This document shows, one piece after another, positions 8,648-16,387 of a DNA stretch of 64,000 bases. The notes under the pieces were generated by a model. It was given only the letters and a program-made list of their open reading frames with translations, did no database searches and had not been told where the DNA came from. Source of the stretch: Bacteroidales bacterium UBA4788 (GTDB lineage: Bacteria > Bacteroidota > Bacteroidia > Bacteroidales > VadinHA17); NCBI GenBank assembly GCA_002402965.1, contig DHGW01000002.1, positions 24,771 to 88,770 of the forward strand, given 5' to 3'. The translations under genes were made by a program, and so were the position numbers. Positions within the stretch are counted from its first letter, which is position 1. Every line of letters begins with the position of its first letter.

Positions 8648-9514
8648 TTGTCCAGAAAGAAGCAGGAAGAAGGTAATCGCAGCCAGGACCTTGACAGGGC
8701 GATTGAAAGCTCGAGGCGTGACTTCATCAGGAAGGTCACCCTTGCAGGAGCGGTCACTGTCACGGGAGGCGCAGCGATATACTCTGGCCACCGTTTTGAG
8801 AAAGCGAAGCACCGTGATGGCTTTGTAAAGGTGCTCACGGAAGATAACCGCCTTGTGGAGATTCCGGTTGAGCAGATGAGGGATTTCAAGCCTGACCTGA
8901 AGATGCTTCAGACCAGGGGAAGGTACAGCATTGACGGCCGCAGATGGGTAATGGTCATTGACCTGTCGAGGTGCCGCAACGCAAGAAAATGCGTTGAGGC
9001 ATGCCAGAGCGCTCATCATCTCCGGCCATATGAATACCATATAAATACACTTGTGATGCAGAAGTCGGCCAACACGCCTGCATTTTTTATGCCCAAACCC
9101 TGCCAGCACTGCGACAATCCGCCGTGCGTCTCTGTATGTCCTGTTGATGCCACTTTCAAGCGACAGGACGGGATAGTACTTATAGACAATGAGAGGTGTA
9201 TTGGTTGCCGGTTCTGCATAGCAGCCTGCCCCTATTCCGCCAGAATATTTCACTGGCAGGAGCCCTCTCATCATGAAGCCGACAACGGCAAGGAGTACGA
9301 TGTTGAGCTGAACGTCCCGCAGAAGAAGTGTACCGTAACCAATGGAACAACTAAAGCAACAGTTCGCCTGAGCGAGTTACAGGAGAAAAACGCCGGTTAC
9401 AGGCTCATGCCTGAACTGGGAACAAAACCGAGAGTTTACTACCTTCCACCGAAGAACAAAATATTTGAGTTTGAGGAAGGAGAAAAGAGAGAATATAAGG
9501 AAGAAAAAACTTAA
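8648..9514 (+). CDS. TAT-exported 4Fe-4S ferredoxin subunit, NrfC/PsrB/ActB-type (appears degenerate)
   Basis: TTG start. Twin-arginine motif SRRDFIRKVTLAGAV. Intact Cys groups CQHCDNPPCVSVCP and CIGCRFCIAACP. The first group reads CRNARKCVEAC (one Cys missing) and the fourth group is reduced to a single Cys (KKCTVTNG). Confidence 0.7.
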   Translation: MSRKKQEEGNRSQDLDRAIESSRRDFIRKVTLAGAVTVTGGAAIYSGHRFEKAKHRDGFVKVLTEDNRLVEIPVEQMRDFKPDLKMLQTRGRYSIDGRRWVMVIDLSRCRNARKCVEACQSAHHLRPYEYHINTLVMQKSANTPAFFMPKPCQHCDNPPCVSVCPVDATFKRQDGIVLIDNERCIGCRFCIAACPYSARIFHWQEPSHHEADNGKEYDVELNVPQKKCTVTNGTTKATVRLSELQEKNAGYRLMPELGTKPRVYYLPPKNKIFEFEEGEKREYKEEKT

Positions 9515-9526
9515 ACCATCGTCAAT

Positions 9527-10723
9527 ATGGATGATATTCGCTTCAGTACACCAGGGGAACAGGGAAAGATAAATTCCCTGGCTACTGACACCCTTAGGAG
9601 TGTCAGGATAAATGCCGGATTCCTACTGTGGATGGGTTTTCTTGGCACGCTGCTGGTTGTCTGTCTTGCCGCTTATGTCATTCAGCTTCGCAAAGGATTG
9701 GATGTGACCGGATTGCGGGACTTTACAAGCTGGGGAATGTACATTGCGAACTTTGTGTTTTTCGTTGCCACAAGTCTCTGCGGCATGCTGATCAATTCTG
9801 TTCTCGGCCTGATAGGTTTTAAGTGGGTGAAGCCGATATCCCGCATCGCGGAGATAATCGCCATTGCCTTTGCTGCCGTGGCCGGGTTGGTGATCATATC
9901 CGATATGGGCCGGCCCGACAGGCTTCCATACGTCTTTCTCTTGGGCCGTGTGCAATCTCCCATACTGTGGGATGTGACCGTGGTTACGACCTATTTCGTG
10001 CTCAGCCTTCTTCTTTGGTTCTTCCCTCTCATTCCGGACCTCGCCATTGCGAAGCGCAGGCTCGAGGGCAGGCCGAAATTCCTCGTTAAAGCATATGAAT
10101 TGCTATCTTTCAGGTGGATGCACCACGAGGTGCAGTACAAACTGATGGGACAGGCTGTAAGGATGCTCCTTATACTTATCATTCCCACAGCCTTTGCAAT
10201 CCATACAGTCACATCATGGCTCTTTGCAGTCACACCCAGAACCGGCTGGGACAATACAATCTTCGGGCCTTACTTCATATCAGGCGCATTCGTTTCTGGC
10301 GCTGCCGCTGTGATTATCGCCATGTACTTCTTCAGGGTGAACTACAGGCTGGAGAAGTAGCTGAATGGTGAAGTCTTCGAGAGAATGGGCAGGGTGTTGG
10401 TCCTGGTAGGGATAGTCTATTTCTATTTCAACCTTAATGAGTTCCTGGTGCCTGGCTACAAGCTCAAGACCAGTGATGCAATTCACCTCCGGGAGCTGTT
10501 CGCCGGCCATTATGCAGCACTATTCTGGGGAATACAAATCCTGGAGCTGGTGATTACGGTTGTGCTTCTGTTGTACAGGCAGATGCGCAGACCATTGCCT
10601 ATGATGATCATATCTCTGTTTGTTCTGTGCGGGGCATGGCTCAAGCGGTTCATTATCGTGGTGCCACCGCAGGCGCATCCGAATCTCCCGATACAGAACA
10701 TGCCTGCAGAACTGCAGGAGTGA
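9527..10723 (+). pseudogene. nrfD: NrfD/PsrC-type polysulfide-reductase-like membrane subunit, interrupted by an in-frame TAG
   Basis: ORFs 9527..10360 and 10385..10723 are in the same frame and are separated only by TAG 10358-10360 (..NYRLEK*LNGEVFERMGRV..). Together they make about 390 aa of NrfD-like helices, ending early after ..PPQAHPNLPIQ. Confidence 0.75.
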
Positions 10724-11136
10724 TAATCTGTCTTATGATGCTTCCCTCATTCGTCCGGGGCCAGGAGTGGGTGGTTCCTGATGACAGGAAAGGGAGGCTC
10801 AGCACCTTCCCTTTCATCGACGAAACCAGGAAAGAGGGAGAGTGGTTTTACAGAATTAATTGCCAGTCATGCCACGGTGACCCTGGCGAGAACAATTACA
10901 TTGCGCTCGTACCGCCTCCGGGTTATCCGGCAACTGAGAAGATTCAGAGAAACAGTGACGGGGAGATCTTTTACAAATTATCCGTCGGCCGGGGGCAGAT
11001 GCCCTCCTTCCGCAGCGTACTGACCACCGGTGAGATCTGGAAGGTCGTCTCCTATTTAAGAAGTTTCAACAGCAGTTATGTTCAGAGGGTGATGCAGGTC
11101 ATTACCTCGACTGCATATCCGGGAGTTGCTTACTGA
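10720..11136 (+). CDS. monohaem class-I cytochrome c
   Basis: CQSCHG haem-binding site, a GRGQMPSF methionine-ligand region and a C-terminal helix GEIWKVVSYLRS. The likely start is GTG 10720, overlapping the nrfD stop as GTGA (MIICLMMLPSFVRGQ, a weak signal peptide); an alternative ATG is at 10735. Confidence 0.65.
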   Translation: MIICLMMLPSFVRGQEWVVPDDRKGRLSTFPFIDETRKEGEWFYRINCQSCHGDPGENNYIALVPPPGYPATEKIQRNSDGEIFYKLSVGRGQMPSFRSVLTTGEIWKVVSYLRSFNSSYVQRVMQVITSTAYPGVAY

Positions 11137-11183
11137 AGAGCAGATAGGCATTATCACTGAATATCTCAAAACTATAGGCCGGG

Positions 11184-12043
11184 ATGTCAACTGAGAGGCT
11201 GACAGTCGCCATGATTGCTGAACTCACGAAGTGTAAGCTCTCACTGGTGGTTGCTTTCTCAACCGTGACCGGATACCTGATTTTTGACGGCGGAAGCGCA
11301 GGCGGACTTTGGCCTGTTGCTGCGGGTGTCTTTCTTCTTTCGGCAGGCGCAGCGGCTCTCAATCAGTACACCAAGAGAATTAGTGATGCAGTCATGGCGA
11401 GGACCGCCGGGAGACCCCTCCCCTCCGGCCGGATGACTTCCGCCACAGCTGCCTCTGTGGCGATTATCCTACTTGTTTCGGGATCTCTTTTGCTCGGATT
11501 CAGCGGTCTTGTACCATTTTTGCTAGGACTGGCCAATGTACTTCTTTACAATTTTATCTATACAGGACTTAAAAAGGTAACCGCTCTTGCCATAATCCCG
11601 GGAGCCCTGGTAGGCGCCGTGCCCCCCTGATAGGGTATACTGCTGCCGGCGGCGGAATGACTGACACTGTCATTCTTCTCTTTGCCCTTTTCATGTTCCT
11701 GTGGCAGATACCCCACTTCTGGCTTCTGCTGGTCAGATACGGCAGTGAATATTAAAAGGCCGGTATCAGGACAATCTACGGTTCGATGAGTACCGGACAG
11801 ATAAACCGGCTGGTACTGCAGTGGATAACAGGATCGTCACTGTTACTCTGGACCCTTGCAGGGTTGTTCATGAACTTCATGGTACCTGTAGCTGTTTTGC
11901 TGCTTGTACTCAATATTGCCTTCATCGTTGCTTTCCGGAGGATAATAAAAGTATCAGATGCTGAAGACAGATCAAGGAATGCATTCATACTGATTAATTC
12001 CTTCTCGCTGCTGTTAATATTTATTATTATTGCAGCCTCATGA
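11184..12043 (+). pseudogene. ctaB: protohaem IX farnesyltransferase (haem O synthase, UbiA family), disrupted
   Basis: N-terminal 148 aa (LTKCKLSLVVAFSTVTGYL ... ALNQYTKRISDAVMARTAGRPLPSG ... GALVGAVPP) ends at TGA 11628-11630. The expected continuation LIGYTAAGG..FLWQIPHFWLLL is in the +1-shifted frame, right after a C6 run (11622-11627). That frame hits TAA 11753-11755 and then continues as ORF 11786..12043. Confidence 0.8.
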
Positions 12044-12081
12044 ATCATTCTTTTCGGAATTCTTAAAACCTATTCTCTCCA

Positions 12082-12942
12082 ATGAAATTCAAAACGCTGA
12101 TTACAGCTATTCTCTTCGTCATAATATCATCGGCAGAGCTCCTGTCCCAGGACAGCGCTTCGGGAGGTCAGACCTCAGGGCCATTATCGGGCACGCTTGT
12201 AATTGCCGGCGGAGGAAGACTGTCAGATGACATTATTGACCGGTTCATTGAGCTTGCAGGCAGTACTTCTGCGAAGATCGTCCTGGTTCCAACTGCTGCC
12301 GGTGCAGAGAGCTATTCTGACAGCCTGGGCAACATGTTCAGGTCACGAGGGGCCGGAAAGGTAACGGTGTTGCATACTGACAACAGGGACACGGCTGACA
12401 GCAGGGTTTTTACCCGGCCTCTTGAGGAGGCAACCGGTGTCTGGTTTGGTGGCGGCCGGCAGTGGCGGCTGGTTGATTCCTACAAGGGCACCCGCAGCGA
12501 GATGTTGTTCAGGCAGGTGCTTGACCGCGGCGGAGTCATCGGGGGCTCCTCGGCCGGTGCAACAATACAGGGTTCCTTCCTGGCAAGAGGCGATACGAAG
12601 AACAACCAGGTCATGATGGGAGATCACCAGGAGGGCTTCGGTTATATAAGTGACATAGCAATAGATCAGCATGTACTTGCCCGTAACCGGCAGTTTGACA
12701 TGTACGGGATCATCCGTGAGCATCCTGAATTACTGGGGATCGGAATAGATGAAAATACTGCAGTTGTTGTTCAGCGTGATACAATGGAGGTGATCGGTGC
12801 CAGTTATGTTCTGGTGTATGACGGAACTTTCTGGTCGCGTGAAGGCAATGAACTGAAGATACTGCCAGCGGAAGAAATTCTTTTCTACATGCTCAGACGC
12901 GGAGACAGGTACAATCTGCGATTGAGAAAAATAATCGAGTAA
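12082..12942 (+). CDS. secreted cyanophycinase-like peptidase (S51 family)
   Basis: Signal peptide, then LVIAGGGRLSDDIIDRFIEL..IVLVPTA, WFGGGRQWRL, GGSSAGATI (Ser nucleophile) and IDQHVLARNRQFD. Together these follow the cyanophycinase/S51 motif pattern. Confidence 0.7.
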   Translation: MKFKTLITAILFVIISSAELLSQDSASGGQTSGPLSGTLVIAGGGRLSDDIIDRFIELAGSTSAKIVLVPTAAGAESYSDSLGNMFRSRGAGKVTVLHTDNRDTADSRVFTRPLEEATGVWFGGGRQWRLVDSYKGTRSEMLFRQVLDRGGVIGGSSAGATIQGSFLARGDTKNNQVMMGDHQEGFGYISDIAIDQHVLARNRQFDMYGIIREHPELLGIGIDENTAVVVQRDTMEVIGASYVLVYDGTFWSREGNELKILPAEEILFYMLRRGDRYNLRLRKIIE

Positions 12943-12963
12943 AACTGTTTGTTTACGATTTCC

Positions 12964-13018
12964 GGTCACCTGATGCTTGCTTAATCCTGCCTCTGCCGAA
13001 AGGTGACCTTTTCTGTTT
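12964..13018 (+). terminator. possible terminator hairpin after the S51 peptidase gene
   Basis: 8-bp stem GGTCACCT / AGGTGACC followed by TTTTCTGTTT. The loop is long (29 nt), so this is weaker than a classical terminator. Confidence 0.35.
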
Positions 13019-13119
13019 CATTGACTATTGTTGTCCGGCCCTCCGGTTTTCAACAGGGGCAGGTCATTTACGGCAATTATGCTAACTTTATTGGCCTATA
13101 AATAGAAATATCACGGATT

Positions 13120-14682
13120 ATGAAAAAGACACTTACCCTTTCTCTGTTGCTGTTCATATTCATCGCAGTATGGTCGCAACCCCTTACTTCGGACCAGATA
13201 GACAAACTGGCAGAGCAGACCCTAAAGGCCTTCAATGTGCCGGGCATCGCCGTTGCGGTGGTCAAGGATGACAGGGTTGTTCATATGAAGGGGTACGGCA
13301 TCAGTTCAATCACAACCGGGAAGAAAACTGATGCAAACACGCTGTTCGCCATTGCATCAAACTCAAAAGCCTTTACTGCTGCTGCCCTGGGAATTCTGGT
13401 TGATGAGGGGAAACTCAGCTGGGAGACTAAGGTGATTGACATCATACCTGAGTTCAGGCTGTACAATTCATATGTCACGGAAGATTTTAATATAAAAGAC
13501 CTCCTGACACATAGAAGCGGTATGGGTCTGGGAGCAGGTGACCTCATGCTGTGGCCTGATTCCTCTGCATTCACCAAAGAAGAGATCATCCATAACCTGA
13601 GGTACCTGAAGCAGACATCTTCATTCCGGACGAAGTACGACTATGACAACCTGCTCTACCTGGTAGCCGGCGAGGTTGTGGCAAGGGTATCCGGGCTGAG
13701 CTGGGAGGAGTTTGTGGAAGAACGCATCATGAAACCCCTGGGGATGGAGAAGTCATCCTCATCACCTGGCAGGGTCAGGGACAGATCGAATATGATTGAT
13801 GCCCACGTCCCTGTCAATGGTGTGCTGCAGGTAGTGCCAATGTATGAAAGTGACCTGCTCAATCCGGCCGGAGGGATAATCAGCAGCGTGGCGGATATGA
13901 CAAAATGGGTTATGATGCAGCTAAACCGGGGCAAATACGGTGAGAAAAACGGCAGTCAGCTACTCTCGGAAAGGACTCACCGTGAGATGTGGACGCCACA
14001 GACAATAATCCCGGTAAGGTCAGCGGGGCCCTACAGGAGTCATTTTTCAGCCTACGGCCTCGGCTGGGGGCTTACCGATGTCAGCGGTTACCTGCAGGCA
14101 TCTCACACCGGAGGACTGGCCGGCATAGTGACCCAGGTGACTCTTATCCCGGAGCTTAAGCTTGGAATCATTGTCTTTACCAATCAACAGGAAGGTTCAG
14201 CGTTTACAGCCATAACAAACTCCATCAAGGACAGTTACCTTGGAGTTACAGGAAATGATTGGATCAAGATGCTCACGGAGAATGTTGAGAGGAACCGGGC
14301 CGAAGCAAAAAAGATAACCGACGGGATATGGGCAAAGGTTGAGGCAAACCGTTCAAAAACAGCTGTTCCGGTCGATAATTCAGTTTATGCCGGAACTTAC
14401 AGTGACAACTGGTTCGGAGACATAGTGATCTCCATGGAGGGCGGCAAGCTGCGCCTCAGGTCGGTCAAATCTCCCAAGCTGCGGGGAGACATGCTTTACT
14501 ACACCGGCAACACCTTTATTGTCAAATGGGATGACAGGTCGATGGATGCTGACGCCTATGCAGTTTTCACCCTCGATAAAGAAGGGAAGGCCGAAGCCTT
14601 CACAATGGAGGCCATCTCGCCCCTGACCGACTTCAGCTTTGACTTCCATGATCTTTACCTGAAGAGAAAGGGAAGCAAATGA
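13120..14682 (+). CDS. beta-lactamase-fold serine hydrolase (class-C-like / esterase / D-aminopeptidase family), paralogue 1
   Basis: 520 aa, signal peptide, SxxK (ASNSKAF), Y-x-N (YDYDNLLY), HTG (ASHTGGLAG), and a C-terminal extra domain of about 120 aa. Confidence 0.8.
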   Translation: MKKTLTLSLLLFIFIAVWSQPLTSDQIDKLAEQTLKAFNVPGIAVAVVKDDRVVHMKGYGISSITTGKKTDANTLFAIASNSKAFTAAALGILVDEGKLSWETKVIDIIPEFRLYNSYVTEDFNIKDLLTHRSGMGLGAGDLMLWPDSSAFTKEEIIHNLRYLKQTSSFRTKYDYDNLLYLVAGEVVARVSGLSWEEFVEERIMKPLGMEKSSSSPGRVRDRSNMIDAHVPVNGVLQVVPMYESDLLNPAGGIISSVADMTKWVMMQLNRGKYGEKNGSQLLSERTHREMWTPQTIIPVRSAGPYRSHFSAYGLGWGLTDVSGYLQASHTGGLAGIVTQVTLIPELKLGIIVFTNQQEGSAFTAITNSIKDSYLGVTGNDWIKMLTENVERNRAEAKKITDGIWAKVEANRSKTAVPVDNSVYAGTYSDNWFGDIVISMEGGKLRLRSVKSPKLRGDMLYYTGNTFIVKWDDRSMDADAYAVFTLDKEGKAEAFTMEAISPLTDFSFDFHDLYLKRKGSK

Positions 14683-16244
14683 GAAGACTGGTCTCCCTGC
14701 TTCTGTTATCATCACTTGTTGTCGCCGCTTCAGGTCAGCCCCTCTCCACGAAACAGATAGACAGGCTCGCCAGGCGGGCCATGAAGGAGTTCAGTGTCCC
14801 CGGCATCGCCGTGGCGGTGGTAAAGGATGACGCGGCTGTCCACATGAAGGGATACGGGCTGCGTTCGATCGCCACCCGGCAGAAGATGGATGAGAACACT
14901 CTCTTCGCGATAGCGTCAAACACAAAGGCTTTCACGGTTGCAGCGCTCGGTATCCTTGTAGATGAGGGGGAACTCTCATGGGAAACGAAGGTCATTGAGA
15001 TAATCCCGGAGTTCAGGCTTTACAATTCTTATGTCACCGAGGACTTCATGATAAAAGATCTGCTGTGTCACCGCAGCGGCATGGGACTGGGAGCCGGAGA
15101 CCTGATGTCATGGCCCGATTCCGCAATGTTCACAACCGCGGAAATAATTCACAACCTGAGGTACCTGAAACAGACATCCTCATTCCGGACGAAATATGAC
15201 TATGACAACCTTCTGTACATTGTTGCCGGTGAGGTGGTAGCACGGGTTTCAGGGATGAGCTGGGAAGATTTCGTGGAATCACGCATCATGAATCCGCTGG
15301 GGATGGACGGATCAGCCGCTTCGTTTAAAAGGATTAAGGACCGGACCAATATCATTGATGCGCACGTGCCCGTTGACGGGAAGCTGCAGGTTGTTGCAAA
15401 GCAGGAAGGCAAGATACACAACTCGGTGGGTGGTATCTACAGCAACATATCAGATCTGAGCAAGTGGGTCATGCTGCAGATGAACGGTGGTCGCTACGGT
15501 GACGGAGCTGAAGAGCAAATTTTTCCGGAAGCTGTTCACAGGACAATGTGGACCCCTCATACAGTCAGAACAGTCAGCAGTGATACGCCCTACAGGACCA
15601 GTTTCGCAAGCTACGGCCTGGGATGGCAACTCACTGACATCAACGGTCACCTGCAGGTCTATCACACAGGAAGTCACGCCGGAATCGAAACCAGGGTGAC
15701 GATGCTGCCCGAGCTAAAACTTGGGATCATAGTTCTGACCAACCAGCAGGAGCCAGCAGCCCTCATGGCTGTCACCAATACAATCATTGACGGTTACCTG
15801 GGGATCAAAGGCTTCGACCGGATCGCGAAGCTGAAGGAGAAGATGCTGAAGGATAAGGCCGACGCAAAGGAGATCACTGACCGGGTGTGGGCAACGGTTG
15901 CCGTGAAGAGAAAGGAAACGACTTCGGAAATTGACAATCAGGCCTTTGCCGGGACTTATACCGATGCATGGTTCGGTGATGTTGTGATCTCTGAAGAGAA
16001 CGGGAACCTGAGGTTCAGGGCTGAGAAATCCCCGAAACTGAGAGGTGAGATGTTTCACTATACCGCAAACACTTTCATAGTGAAGTGGGATGACAGAAGC
16101 ATGGACGCCGATGCCTTTGCTGTTTTCGCCATTGACAGGGAGGGAAAGCCATCGGCAATAACCATGGAGGCCGTGTCGCCGCTGACTGATTTCAGCTATG
16201 ACTTTCACGACCTCTACCTGGAAAGGACCGATGCAGACCAGTAG
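14679..16244 (+). CDS. beta-lactamase-fold serine hydrolase, paralogue 2 (tandem duplicate)
   Basis: 521 aa, collinear with paralogue 1 over its whole length (ASNTKAF, YDYDNLLY, YHTGSHAG). The start overlaps the upstream stop as ATGA. Confidence 0.8.
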   Translation: MRRLVSLLLLSSLVVAASGQPLSTKQIDRLARRAMKEFSVPGIAVAVVKDDAAVHMKGYGLRSIATRQKMDENTLFAIASNTKAFTVAALGILVDEGELSWETKVIEIIPEFRLYNSYVTEDFMIKDLLCHRSGMGLGAGDLMSWPDSAMFTTAEIIHNLRYLKQTSSFRTKYDYDNLLYIVAGEVVARVSGMSWEDFVESRIMNPLGMDGSAASFKRIKDRTNIIDAHVPVDGKLQVVAKQEGKIHNSVGGIYSNISDLSKWVMLQMNGGRYGDGAEEQIFPEAVHRTMWTPHTVRTVSSDTPYRTSFASYGLGWQLTDINGHLQVYHTGSHAGIETRVTMLPELKLGIIVLTNQQEPAALMAVTNTIIDGYLGIKGFDRIAKLKEKMLKDKADAKEITDRVWATVAVKRKETTSEIDNQAFAGTYTDAWFGDVVISEENGNLRFRAEKSPKLRGEMFHYTANTFIVKWDDRSMDADAFAVFAIDREGKPSAITMEAVSPLTDFSYDFHDLYLERTDADQ

Positions 16245-16387
16245 CCTTCAACTGTCTCTTAACAGGCCATAAATGACACAGAGAACGACATACGGCCAAA
16301 TCTGCTGCCGCTGAGGGCATAAGGATCACAAACCTGTCAGACAGCGAGGATGTTCTTGTAAAAGCATTTATTAAATAGGACCGGATT

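Noticed and set aside
8648-12043. The in-frame TAG (10358) and TAA (11753), and the TGA at 11628 (reached only after the C6 frameshift), could indicate stop-codon reassignment or programmed read-through.
   Set aside because: All three codons terminate well-supported genes elsewhere in the window. TAG ends the genes at 16244, 30701, 59859 and 63324; TAA ends those at 2190 and 55468; TGA ends many. The lesions cluster in one locus that also shows a frameshift and lost cofactor ligands, so pseudogenisation is the simpler reading.
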